Positions 27,661 through 40,450 of a stretch of 64,000 nt of DNA are shown one piece after another. The DNA comes from Octopus vulgaris. Its lineage: Eukaryota. Made by a program: the position numbers and the translations under genes. Below the pieces are notes generated by a model. It did no database searches, had not been told where the DNA came from, and was given only the letters and a program-made list of their open reading frames with translations. The number at the start of each line of letters is the position of its first letter. The stretch's first letter is position 1. The DNA is taken from assembly GCA_951406725.2 (NCBI GenBank), contig OX597829.1, forward strand, positions 2,666,001 to 2,730,000. The letters run 5' to 3'.

Positions 27661-28021
27661 CATTACGTTATAAAAATAGGGTTCAGTAAAATAATTACTG
27701 GGATTACTCATACCAGACGGGTATGTTCGATTTTTAGTGCTCTCAAATCCAAATCAAATGAAATCTTTGAGCTGACGAAGGAAATGTTGATCTTTATATT
27801 CAACTAATCCAGAAACGGGCCGTTCTCAGGTAATCTTATATACGTGTGATCTTTCGTTATTTTTCCCTCTATACCTGTGTGAGTTATTTTTGAGTATGCA
27901 TTGTCTGGGAGATTTTTCTTACAGTAGAAGAAATAGCTAAGATTTTTGGCTGCTATTTCTAAAAAGTTCGGTGTGTGATAAAGTAAATTATTTTACTGAG
28001 CCCTATTTTTATAACGTAATG
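27661..28021. mobile_element. 360-bp cassette bounded by ~37-bp inverted repeats, Penelope pLTR-like
   Basis: CATTACGTTATAAAAATAGGGTTCAGTAAAATAAT vs ATTATTTTACTGAGCCCTATTTTTATAACGTAATG. Confidence 0.7.
27766..27830 (+). ncRNA. Type I hammerhead ribozyme motif
   Basis: UUUGAG-CUGACGA(27772-27778)-A-GGA..GUUGA/UCAAC..UCC-A-GAAA-CGGGCCG-UU-CUCAGG: 6-bp stem I (2 GU), near-palindromic stem III, GUU triplet. Confidence 0.72.
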
Positions 28022-28267
28022 TTTCAAATATACCGTAAATGGTCTTTTTACATACTGAACACTACTTGGTAAAATTAATTAATAATTAATTAGTCTTACC
28101 CTTTTATTATTGACTATATATACATACACATATATAGATACATATATATACATACACATATATACATACATACACACACACACACACAGATATATATATA
28201 TATATTTCGTTTTTAGATTTGGTTTGCAAGATTCTGTATATGAGCTCGTGTATTGAAGCATATTCTG

Positions 28268-28541
28268 TTGTGTCTGGGGAGAGTCATTTTCTTTTTGTGC
28301 CTTCTAATTTAACACACTCACCGGTAAAATTCCCACTTATTCCTTATTTTTACTTTCCTAAAATTTTCGTTGCGTCTTGCAACCTTTTCAATAATCCTTT
28401 CAAGAGTCAAGACTATTGAAATGGTTGCAAGACGCAATGAAAATGTTACGAAAATAAAAATAAGGAATAAGTGAAAATTCTACCGGTGAGTGTCTTAACT
28501 TAGAAGGCACAAAAAGAAAATGACTCTCCCCAGACATAACA
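28268..28541. repeat. Inverted repeat, ~117-bp arms with ~38-bp spacer
   Basis: TGTCTGGGGAGAGTCATTTTC...TTGCGTCTTGCAACC vs GGTTGCAAGACGCAA...GAAAATGACTCTCCCCAGACA. Confidence 0.85.
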
Positions 28542-28542
28542 T

Positions 28543-28590
<48 letters not shown>

Positions 28591-28814
28591 TATATACATG
28601 TATATATAAGAATGAATTATATAAAAGAACAATAGAATACGTATATAAAAATCTCTCTCAGAGATTCTCTCTCCTTGAGGGAAATTTCTCCCCCAACTTT
28701 GATTTCTTAACAAACCCTATTTCTCTCTGCTTCTTAAAATAAAATAAAAACCGCTGATGACAGCAGCGGCGGTCACCAGTCAAATTCCACACGTATATAT
28801 ATATATATTATTAT

Positions 28815-28930
28815 TTTTTTTCTTCAAATGTGCTTCCATTTCTTGCCGAGTGTCTTCCCGACTCCTAGGGCAAAGAAACTCATAGTATACATTGGTAGGC
28901 CATTAAACTAAACTCAATAGTTAAATTAAA
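28815..28930 (-). mobile_element. Dong-like LINE 3' UTR fragment
   Basis: Matches 45243-45328 (GAGTGTCTTCC..CCTAGGGCAAAGA..TATACAT.GGTAGGCCATTAAA); lies next to (TAT)n. Confidence 0.65.
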
Positions 28931-28967
28931 ATACATGGGTAGTAATAGTTCTCACATCGACAATGCT

Positions 28968-28968
28968 C

Positions 28969-29051
<83 letters not shown>

Positions 29052-29078
29052 TATTATTATTATTATTATTATTACTAC

Positions 29079-29151
<73 letters not shown>

Positions 29152-29167
29152 AATATTATTATTATTA
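28968..29167. repeat. (ATT)n microsatellite
   Basis: Directly visible. Confidence 0.97.
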
Positions 29168-30169
29168 AGATGGTTATTTGCAATTTACAACGGAAATACA
29201 ACAAGTATAGTCGTCACTAAAGTGACTCTTATTCCTAAAATTGCTGGTGTTTACTAGCATCCTCAGTCATTTTACTGACGACTGTACCTGTTGCCACCTT
29301 TATAATTTATATACACAGTGAAAGAAAGAAGGAAAGATAGACAGACAGAGAGTGAGAGAGGGGAGGGAGAATATAAAGTCGGTGTTGGGACATTTATAAT
29401 ACGGTAGGTGGTTTATGTTATATGCAAATATCTCGTAATCGCCTTCATTTTGTAGTATAAGCTAAACATATTATATAATTAATGATACTGCTGATTGCTA
29501 AATTACAATATCTAATTAAAGATACACTAAAATCACAGTATTCTGCGCTTCCATTATCTAATTAGTTCATTTTACTAAATAAATTTTTTTTTTTAAATAA
29601 TGAAGATATTCTTAGTTTTGATTTTTTTTTTGTAAGATGGCATTTATTATATATGTTTGTCAACAACGTTATGTTATAAGGTTTCGGGTGTTGGTCATCG
29701 TACGAAATTCAAAGCAGCATTCATGAAGGCAACGCCAACTGTAGCAAAAGCAAATATGGTATCGATTGTAAAAGTATAAGAACAACAGCTACAAAACGGT
29801 CGAAGTTTTCAGAACTAACCAACCAACCTACCAATTAATCATCGCCGCTACCCCATCATTTCTACTGTGGTTGTCAGCTTTGTGACTGTCAAACACAGCA
29901 ACCGAATAGTAACAACAATGGCTGCAGAAAACTCAATGTAACTACAACAGTTGTCATTCAGTAAATTTCAATGCCAAAAAAGGTCCGAATGCAACTAGAT
30001 GACTTGTCGGGAAGGAATGGAAGTCGCTTCAAATTTAAGACAAGTTATGTAGGAGACCTACAGTAGCACAGTAAACTTTATACATAAGTGAAAACTGTAA
30101 AGTATAGAAGGCAGATGAACTTGCAGGAAGAAACGTTCTTGAAGATTGTATAAAAGTAAAAGAATTTCG

Positions 30170-30409
30170 GGATCTTTTCGCTTTGACCGGCAGATTTTTA
30201 AAATAATTTCTTTGTAACTAAAAAATTTTAAACTTTGTATACTGGTAGAATGTGTTTATAAAACATCTTTTTCTCTTGGCTTTCTTGAGAAAATTCTGTA
30301 GTTTATAAGCTATTTGTTCTTTAATTTCTTGCATTTCGGCAATTTCGACCAATCAATGACGTTACAAAGAAATCATTTAAAAAATCTGCCGGTCAAAGCT
30401 AAAAGATCC
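30170..30409. mobile_element. MITE with GGATC termini and 8-bp TSD (Merlin-like)
   Basis: TIR GGATCTTTTCGCTTTGACCGGCAGATTTTT / AAAAATCTGCCGGTCAAAGCTAAAAGATCC; perfect TSD GAATTTCG (30162-30169 and 30410-30417). Confidence 0.88.
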
Positions 30410-30587
30410 GAATTTCGTCGTCCGCGCAAAGCAATGTAGCATAGTGGCGGTTTGATTCTCCACAAAAGTGAAGAAAGAAATCACTTTTGCAGTTAGTCTT
30501 CTGGGACATAGACGATACGTTGGCAGCGTTAGACGTGAGTGGCATTGAAGGAGTATATTCAGAGTAGTAGCTGTCTATTTCCTAATA

Positions 30588-30936
30588 CAGGGATTCTCAA
30601 CCATTTTTATTTGTGGACCCTTTTGCTATTTTATTCTGGTAGATTTCCCATAGCCATTCAATGTTTAAAGATTAGTTTTATAATTTCTTTCAAAATTCCT
30701 GTTTTCTCTTCCACACATTAACTTGTGTAGTTTGAACTGGGTAAAATGTTAGAGAAAGAGACTTAGCTGTTTCTTTGCAATAAACACCAATAAATACATC
30801 TAAAGCAAATTTTTTTCAGGGGCGTTTAAAATACTATTGTAGATCCCCAATTTACTATTTTGTTGCGTGGACCCCTCCCCCCCTTAATCTTATATGGACC
30901 TCCAGGGATCGTATGGAACCTTGTTGTGAACCACTA
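30588..30936. mobile_element. hAT-type MITE
   Basis: CAGGGATTCTCAACC ... GTTGTGAACCACTA termini; 8-bp TSD TCCTAATA/TTCTAATA. Confidence 0.7.
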
Positions 30937-30945
30937 TTCTAATAA

Positions 30946-33030
30946 CACTGGTCAACAAAATGAAACTTTTTTAATCATCAGAGTTGCTGATTGACTTTTC
31001 TGGGTTAATTTTTGATGCTGATTACGAATCTGAAGTCCGATTTCCTCTGTCAGGTCACATTTTCATGTTAATGATACCTGCTCTTTTAACTTATAGGATA
31101 CGTAAAGCATGTCAGTATAAAGTATATTAAATACAAGATACGATAATTTCATGGCTTTTTATTGTACAAAATTAAAATTATTGTGTACAAATAAGTTAGA
31201 ATTCACTCAAATGCATAACAACTTGAAATCTTTGGGATTTGGACTTTCTATGGTGTTTTGTCTCAGGTTCATCCCTGTATAACATCCAACAGTAGTCAGC
31301 TAACATTACTGCATTCCCAAATCTTTGATATCGTTGTTCCATCGATGCAATATATTGATGAAAGCGTTCCCCTTGCTCATCAGACACTGATCCAAGGTTC
31401 TCTGCAAAAAATCCAGATATGAATCAAGAAAATGGACTTTTAGTGACATCCAACAGCCCATTGCAGCGTAGGAGTCTAGAAGACATTTCACTCCATTTCT
31501 AAACTCTAGAAATCTCTTGTTGCCCAGGAAATTTTCACCGAGCCATTTGAAGGATTCCCAGGCTTTAAGCTCAATTTCATCCAGTGCTGTGAGGAAGTGG
31601 TTCTCCTTCAGGAGTTCTTTTATCTGCGGGCCTATGAATACGTCCTCCAGTTTTGCCTCGGTGATTTTTCCTGGAAAGTGTCTTCACAAATTGTTTCATG
31701 AAGCCAAGCTTTATGTGAAGAGGGGGAAGAAGAACGTTTTCTGGGTTTAAAAGTGGCTTACTCTGGACGCCAGAAACTCCTGGCTCATATGAGCTTCGCA
31801 AGGGCCACTCTGATTGCACATAGTGCTTGTTAGTTGCACGACTGTCCCTCAGGCATAAAAAGCAACAATATTTCGTGAACCCAGATTGCATTCCCATCAA
31901 CATTTCAATATCCTTCAAGTCTCCACATATTTTCCAGCTGTAGTTTGTATACTTTATGGCATTGAGGAGTACTTGCATGTTCTCATAACACTCCTTCAAG
32001 TGCACTGAATGTCCTATGAGAATGGATGGTTTCTTATTGCCGTTGTGTAAGCTTCTCTTTGATGAATCTATGAATAAGCGCCATTCAGCTGGAACATGCT
32101 CTTTCTCTTCCTGAAATGAGTAATACAAACATCTTTCTTAAGCAGACACTTTTCTTGTAGGCGAGATGCTAATAGTTCAGCTTTATCCTTCGACAATGAC
32201 AAGTCTCTAACTAAATCATTTAACTCTCCTTGAGACAATTTCTGTGGTACGTCTTCATTTTCAATCATGAAATCTGCATCCACTTCGGTCTCTTCCACAG
32301 CAGTAGTATTTTCTTTAGGAAATATATCTTCGTCAGACATCTGAAGGCCATTTTCTGGGGGTATTGGAATAGGAAGATCATCATCGTCTTTTTGCTGATT
32401 CCAAGTTGGGATACACAATCGTATGCTTGGTTTTTACAGTAAACCCACATACATTAACGTTACAGAAATAACAGTCCATGAAATGATCCTTTGGCTCTCT
32501 CCATATCATAGGTATTGCAAATGGCATTGCTCTCTTCCTCTTATTTAGCCAATCCCTTAGTTCATTTGCTGAGCAGATGATGTGCGGGGCCCAACTCTTA
32601 TCTTGATCCCCGAGAGAGCAGCCAAATTATAACTGGTAGATCTTCTTGATTTCACTTGTGATGGCACGTTGCTGAGCTTTGGTGGTAAATGAACCACAGA
32701 CATGACAAAATATATCAGGACTGTTCTTGCAATGCCTTGACATCCTGAGTAGAATTTGATGATGATGACGACTTGGCACCTTAAACTGAAAGGGAAATTT
32801 ATGAAAAGAAAAGATTATGAAAACATAAGATTACAAAATGAATACAAATAGTTATAAAACAGAAGTCAGAATTTACCTGTATAAGACGTTTACGTGTAGC
32901 GATGCTGCTGATGGGAGTTATATACCTCTCTTATCTCATCAGAAAAACTGTGCCTGATAGAAGGAAACCGATTGCATTTTTGAAATCTGTGGACAAAACT
33001 ACATATGAAACACCATATAATATCCCAGTG
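30946..33030 (-). mobile_element. Chapaev3 (CMC superfamily) DNA transposon, both ends present, transposase pseudogenised
   Basis: CACTG...CAGTG termini with TAA TSD; MSRHCKNSPDIFCHVCG, WREPKDH..DCYFC, LFIDSS, ICGDLK, CCFLC, PPLHIKLG, KVHFLDS, SDEQGERFHQ across frameshifts (~31196-32743). Confidence 0.8.
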
Positions 33031-35134
33031 TAACTACAGAAGTAGGATATTTTTTGAGGCGTGTAGAAGCGTTTTTGAGAACATCCTACCATTTAGTACT
33101 GATGCAGTCCAGGAGGGACATTTTAGATGCCCACTGGCATTTTAGGGAGCTCTCCGATAAGAAAGGTGAATCTAAAAGTCTCATAATGGTGGTTCTTACA
33201 ATTCGGTCTTACAGATACTGATTAGAGTTTCTGAAGGTACTTCTGCACACATGGAACAACAACAGCATGCGATCCAGATCGTAACTCGAGAGGGCGTTTA
33301 TTAGATGAGCAGAAAAAGATAGTGTTAAGTATCCACAATTTCAACAAATCTGTCACATAGATTACAAATTTGAAATCTGCGTGATCAATTGTGATAGGGA
33401 GTATAAATACAAATTTGGTTATGTGAAAGTCGTTTCCCGCGCGCAAAGCCTAAAGTAGCCGGATCAGACAACCAATAGCAGTTGACACAGACAGTCAGAA
33501 ACAATGTCAGCATAGAGCACAAAAGACAGTGATTACAACAGAATTTATAAAGTTTAGCCAAAAGGACAAAAATATATTAGAACAGCTAGAGAACAATTCG
33601 TAAAAGGCGAAGAAAAACTGCTTCAAGAGAGATATTCTAAGACAAAGATGGCCCTTGACCACGTCAACGCAAAACACGAATGTTGAGCTGTTCGTCGAGG
33701 TCTACTATAACTGTCAAGCAGAATGGAAAAGCTCCAAGTTATATGTACTAGGGAGGGCAAGGGTAGGGCTGCTGAGGAAAGATGAGAACAAGGATATGTA
33801 ACTGATAATTTCCCACAAGAAATTACTCGCAAATACATAGTTAAAAACAAAATTTGCCCAATGAACTAAGCAAAGAAGCTAGCATTTGTCGTTAGCAGAA
33901 TTGTTGGGTAAGTGAATTGTATATATTTATTTTAAATTATTGATATAAAAAGGATAATATTAAAACAAATATTTTAAAATTTGGCTGTTATTTCTAGCAT
34001 TTGGGGAGACCTTCTAAGCTTAACTTCATGCGCTGGTTGAAAACCATTTAAACAAATTGAGGTCGATACATTCGACTAAACATTCGCCAAGGTGGTGCAC
34101 CAGCATGGCCACAGTCTAATGACTGCAACAAGGGAAAAGAAAAAAAAACAAATATTTCACAGAAGTGGTTATGATCAGGCTTTAAAAAATTTCGGGTTCC
34201 ATAGAATCATCTAAAAATTCTGGCTCAAATTTCCACACAGTGGGACTGAATTCGGAACCATGTCTGGTGCTTTATTCTTGCTGGATAGTAATATCATTTT
34301 TAATAATATTTATATTTCTTGCATATCTTTTCACTGATCTTAGATCTTATTTTAACTGGGGGTTTCAGCCGAGTAAACAGGTAGAGATGTAGTGAATATC
34401 TTAAAATTTCCTCATCAATGGTACATTCAACTGAAGATGACTAATCGGATTCGCGCTCACGCACGTGATCCGAAAAGTTTGAAAGTGCAGTATTGAATTA
34501 TCCTTTAATACCTACACGGTCTCAGTGTAGGTAAGATGGAATTCTCTTATATTCACCGTCAGCAAATATTTCTGCTTGTAAACATTGAAGTGAAGCTCTA
34601 CATAACGCTTATAGCTTACCAGCTGCTATTTCTAGCAACGATCGTACTTCCTGTACATCAGCTATATATATTTATAATTCTACCTTTTACGGTGCTTCAT
34701 TCTTGCAGCTTAGCAATAATATTTTTTATAATTATTATATTTCTTGTATACGTGTGTATGTGTGTGTGAATGTGTATGTATATATATATAAATATATATG
34801 CATATATATATGTATATATATGTATATATCTATATATATGTATATATATGTATATGTATAAATATATATGTATATATATTTATATGTATATATATATGTA
34901 TAGCTATATACGTATATATATGTATATGAATATATATATGTTTATGTATGCATATATATATGTATATATATATGTATGTATATGTACATATATGTATATG
35001 TATACATATATGTATATATATGATTATAATAATAAGGGTTTTTTGCAACAAGTTGCTTAAACCACATACCGAAAATATTAGAAATAGCAGTCAAAGGACT
35101 ACTATTTCTTTTACTACAAAAATAAGTCTCCACA

Positions 35135-35231
35135 GACAACAGTTAAAATCAGTGCGTGACCTGGGCATTGACATGAGCACTGATGCATCTTTCCAAGTGC
35201 ATATTACTAATTTGGTAATAAAATGCAGACG

Positions 35232-35232
<1 letters not shown>
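35135..35232 (+). mobile_element. CR1/L2-like RT fragment
   Basis: KSVRDLGIDMSTDASFQVHITNLVIKCRR. Confidence 0.6.
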
Positions 35233-35272
<40 letters not shown>

Positions 35273-35278
35273 CATATA

Positions 35279-35412
35279 CGATGGGCTTCTTTCAGTTTCC
35301 GTCTACCAAATCCACTCACAAGACTTTGGTCGGCCCGAAGCTATAGTAGAAGACACTTGCCCAAGGTGCCACACAGTAAGGAAGCTACATTCCACACAGC
35401 CACTCCTGCGCC
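35279..35412 (-). mobile_element. SINE family A (5' half, internally deleted)
   Basis: Reverse complement of the SINE A head. Confidence 0.85.
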
Positions 35413-35413
35413 T

Positions 35414-35469
<56 letters not shown>

Positions 35470-36309
35470 CTACTTCGAAAATTTCTATAAGAGATGAGGG
35501 CAGTAACTATACTGAGAAGTAGTGCTTATCGCCACTTAAGCATAGCTGCTCCGTAGGAACTGACAATACTGCTATTTTTAACCCTACGAGAACTATTGCC
35601 GTCTCTTGCGGGCAAGTGTCCATCATCGAAGATGACTACAAAAAGGTCGAAACCGTATGATTTGGTGACCGCATGGTTAGTAGATGGCTCTCTTTATTGC
35701 AATATGCATCGGGTGCAGATTGCATCGAATAATCAGATGGATTATTCTTAATATTTATTTCCTTTTACTATACAATGTCATTCAACATATTTCTATGTTA
35801 AAACTCCACTCACGTATCTTTAACAAGAAAACTGTGTACCAGTTAATGACTTTCCAGATAAGCAATCAGTAATTTATCGAAATTTATGTGCACCTAGATA
35901 TTTCTAAACAAAACACCCATCCCATAAATCTTTTGTTCGTTGTTCGTTGTCTCATTCTTCACCGAAATACTGACATTTATTGTCTGAAATCAATAAACAG
36001 CTGGCCTTTTTGGACAAAGATATCACCCAAGCTGTTTAAAGCAACAACCTTCACAAAAACTCTTTATTGTTTGTTTAAACTCCCAATACACAAAATCACA
36101 CCTAAACATGCATATAAGTTCAAACAATAAGCAACTCGTCAATCATGAGGCCTCTCCCCAAACTTACTTCAAGACCCAAAGCTAACGTAAACAAATATAC
36201 AAAAAATATTTGAATTCCTGACATTTTCAACAGCTGACATTACTCTCCCACATATACAAAATAACCCCACTCAATAAACCATAACTTTTTGGGGAAAAAA
36301 TTCCATACA

Positions 36310-38330
36310 AAATGCAAGCGCTTCCAATTTCTGACTGCGTTCTATTTAATTCCTCCGCACATTAAGAGAATAATCACCAACTACTTTGGAGCCATTGGGT
36401 TAAGCTTCAAAATAGCCTACTTTACAACTCGGTTGCTAGACCCGGAGAAAGAGAGTATAACAGGTTGCACAATTTCTCCAATCCTTTTCATCATGGGAAT
36501 TAATTTCCTCATAGCAGCTACTGATAACGAAGCCCAAGGACCAACAATGACATCAGGCAGCCGTCAACATCCAGTAAGGGACTTCGCGGATGATCTCAAG
36601 GTGACAACTACAAAGCCATGTGGAGGTAGAAAGTGTGCTGACTTGACATGGCAACACATGGCAACATGGGCTAGAATAATGTAGTTTATGGTCAAGAAGT
36701 CAAGGAGATGGAAATTAAACAAAATCAAGCTGCAAGTGCATGGAGTGGTTTTCCATCAATAGAGGAAAATCCTATTAAATACCTATTTCTTTACTACCCA
36801 CAAGGGATTAAACACAGAGAGGACAAACAAAGACAGACACACGGATTAAGTCGATTATATCGACCCCAGTGCGTAACTGGTACTTATTTAATCGACTCCG
36901 AAAGGATGAAAGGCAAAGTCAACCTCGGAGGAATTTGAACTCAGAACGTAATGGCAGACGAAATACGGCTACGCATTTCGCCCGGCGTGCTAACGTTTCT
37001 GCCAGCTCGCCGCCTTAAATACCTTTGGAAGGGGTTGGCGCGTCACTCTCGGGCAGAAGTAATGTCACCAACACTGAGAAGCAAGCAGAGGAGTGGCTGA
37101 GGAAGACTGAAAGTACAGGGCTTCCAGGAAAATATAGGGCATGACTCTGCCAACACGTACTGCTTCCAAACCTCATATTGTTATTGACACTATATGAAAT
37201 TCCAATGACAAGCGTGGAAAGGGTGGAGAGGAAGGTAAATAAATATCTGCGAAGGTGGTTAAATGTCCCCTTTCCCCAAACCTCACTTCAGTTGGTCCGT
37301 ACATAAGATCTGGACAGCTACAACTCCCTCTATCATCCGTAGTGGAGTAATTCAAAGTTTCAAAATATAGTGTTGTAATGATGTACAGGGATTCAGAGGA
37401 TGAGCTTGTCAGACATGCAGGTATTACAACAAGGTCCGGGCGGAAGTGGATAGCTAGCACAGCAGTCGAACATACTGTAAGTATGCTGGATGTACGCAAC
37501 ATCATTGGAGTTACATGAAAAGGTTAGCAGGGTCTCGGTTCTTTCCCTTTCAAAGAATGGAAGAAGGGAGATATTAAGATGATCCAAGCAGATGTGCAGA
37601 TCCAGGAGGAACAAAGTCCAAGAGCTGTGGAGCTGGTATCTCAGGATGCCTGGAGTAAATTGGACCTCCCTAAGAAGAAGATCGCATGGACAGGCCTATG
37701 GAGACTGGAACCTGTCCACATCTCCTTCCGACTGAGCGAGGTATATGATACCCCCCCAATGCCAACAAACCTGCACATATGGAGTTTGAGGGAAGACCAG
37801 CTGTGTAGACATTACGGAGAAAGGGACACGCTAGCACACATCTTGTCAGGATGCAGAATAGCACTGAACTCGAATAAGATACAAGTAGCGCCATGGTAGA
37901 GTGCTTGCAAAACCCGCTTACACCCTTGATCAGGAAAGGCCCAAGAAACATCAACAGGGGAAAACAACAGCAGAAATTAAGTTCGTGAAAGAAGAGAAAG
38001 CAGTAAAGTCAGTAAAAATGACACATAGCTCGCTGCATGGATCCCAATCATATGATATAAAAGTGGACCTGAGGGAGAGACCACAGTTTCCCCAGAACGT
38101 TCATACAGCCCTGAGGCCTGATGTAGTTCTGTGGACTGTAAAGAAAATGATCTTGATTGAGCTTACAGGGAAAGAAGGGTATGGTCAGGCCGACGAGAGT
38201 CTTCTGCAGGATTGTAGGATGAAGAGATAGCAGTTATGGCTTTTTCCAGACGAGGTTGACTGTAGGGGGTTCCCTGCCCAGTCCGTATGGAGGATGTAGT
38301 TTGAGACATATACTTAATGTGAAGTGGACC
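36310..38330 (+). mobile_element. HERO/R2-like LINE remnant (RT, CCHC, restriction-like endonuclease), interrupted by a SINE
   Basis: ITGCTISPILFIMG, DFADDLKVTT, IEENPIKYL, TLAHILSGC, LRPDVVLW...ILIELT. Confidence 0.78.
36785..37014 (-). mobile_element. SINE family B, full length, with 10-bp TSD
   Basis: Head GGCGGCGAGCTGGCAGAAACGTTAGCAC, B-box-like GAGTTCAAATTCC; TTAAATACCT duplicated at 36775-36784 and 37015-37024. Confidence 0.9.
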
Positions 38331-38384
38331 GCACATGCCCCAGATTCCGAAGTTCGAGAGAAAGCTCAAATGATTAGCAATGAA

Positions 38385-39022
38385 GCCGTCATTTTTAGGA
38401 GAATTCTAAGGTGGAGTAGACATCTTGTTCCAGTGAACAATACCAGAATTCTGTTTTACGGAGAGTTGAAACAAGGAAAGAGAAAATTCCCAGAACCTAA
38501 ACAGCAGTACAATGACTTATTTCTAATTAAAACTTAGAAGAACAAGCTGCTGATAGAGCAAAGTGGGGAAAAAAAAAAACAATCTTGATGGTGTAGCATT
38601 ATTTGAGAAGGAAAAAATTCCGCATGAGTCATACCAAAGAACAATTGGGAAAAGGAAGTAGGCAACAACATCAAAAAGCTCTGGAAATAAACAGGCAATA
38701 TGAAATATAAATGTAGGTAATTTCGCCACTGATAAATTCACCACTGCAAATCTCGTCTCCGGTAATTTCGTCCCCGGTAATTTCTCCCCCGATAATTTCG
38801 TCCGCGGTAATTTCGTCACTGGAAATTTCGTTCCCAATTAATTTGCGACTGGAAATTTTCGCCACATAACGATACGAAGCAAATGCAGTGTCCCTAGCAA
38901 CGCGCTTTCAATTGTAACATGTGTGGCAAAGGGATGAAGTCTCATGTACGAAGTCATACAAAGAAAGAAACTCAAGAAGAAATTTCAAGTCGCCATATTC
39001 GACGGCGAGTTGACAACGAATA
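38385..39022 (+). mobile_element. RTE-like LINE 3' remnant
   Basis: ILRWSRHL...RILFYGELKQGKRK..PKQQYND, later CNMCGK..KSHVRSH. Confidence 0.65.
38716..38864. repeat. 15-bp minisatellite (GGTAATTTCGTCCCC-like, about 9-10 units)
   Basis: Directly visible tandem units inside the RTE remnant. Confidence 0.85.
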
Positions 39023-39326
39023 ATTTACATATGTATGTTTATTAGATTCATAGAGAATACAAAATATACGAGAAGTAGAGAATATTGAAAACGGAACAAA
39101 AATAACAAAACAACCTTCCTTTTAATAAATTATTTTATTATCATTTATTTTTGACAAAAATAACTTTTTATTAGATATATTAAATGAAATGTAATTTATG
39201 ACAAAGTCAATATCTCATGAATATTTTTTACTCGAGTATGCAATTAGAAAAATAATTGTAATGAATTAAATCATGAAAAAAGGCAACTGGGAACTGTATT
39301 TTCTGTATGTCATAATACATTGAGGA

Positions 39327-39399
<73 letters not shown>

Positions 39400-39401
39400 A
39401 T

Positions 39402-39445
<44 letters not shown>

Positions 39446-39451
39446 ATACAC

Positions 39452-39499
<48 letters not shown>

Positions 39500-39639
39500 A
39501 TGTGTGTGTAAGTGTGCGTGTTTGTGTGTGTGTGTATGATTGCGTGTTTTTGTGTATGTGTAAGTGAAAGAGTTAGTGTGTGTGTGTGTGTGTTTCATGT
39601 TTCCGTTTACACAGCTGGTATTAGTAGAAAAGTCCTACC

Positions 39640-40050
39640 ACGAAGGCGCGCGCAAATATGCATTTATACATTCGGCCATAGTGGGGCACCGCCTTCAGGG
39701 AAGAAATTGCCCCCAGTACTTATTTGAAAGTATTCATATTATCGATCAGCCTCTTCCGAACCACTATGTTACGGAGATGTCAACAAACCAACACCGTTAC
39801 CGAGCAGTAGTGAGGGACAAGCACAAGCTGCATAAATACAAAGACACAGATAATTACACACACCCACATACACACACACACACACATACATACACACACA
39901 CATGCACGTAGACACACACACAAACACATACACAAAAAAATAACACAAACACTAAATCCACTCACAATGCTTTAATCGGCCCCAAGGATACATAGCAGAA
40001 GACATCTTGCCTTAAGTGCCACGCAGTGGGATTGAACCCGGAACGTAGTG
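39640..40050 (-). mobile_element. Degenerate SINE family A
   Basis: AAATCCACTCACAA...GTGCCACGCAGTGGGATTGAACCCGGAA. Confidence 0.7.
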
Positions 40051-40403
40051 GTGGAGAAGTATACTTCTTGTAAAAAAATCATGCCAGCAACCCAAATATT
40101 TCACCCCCCCCCCCCCAAAAAAAAAATGATATTCAAGCCTAAGAATTACCAGCTGAATGATCGGAAATGTGGGATAAAGAGTACTCGGACTACGAACTAC
40201 CTCAGTCGTAAAGTAGTGAAGAAGAATACTCTACATCTTCTGTATCGAGTTCTATAACGTATCACAGCTCAGTGAATCAAAACACACACACACACACACA
40301 CACACGCGCGCACACACACATACACAACACACACACACACACACACATACACACACACAAACATATATATGTGTGTGTGTATGTATGTATACGTGTGTAT
40401 ATG

Positions 40404-40450
<47 letters not shown>

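Noticed and set aside
35620-35664. CATCA-TCGAAGA-TGACT..GGTC-GAAACCGTA-TGAT degenerate hammerhead
   Set aside because: The core reads UCGAAGA instead of CUGANGA; probably a dead pLTR copy
38716-38864. CRISPR-like array (also 6940-7365)
   Set aside because: No unique spacers of regular length, no cas genes, and eukaryotic context
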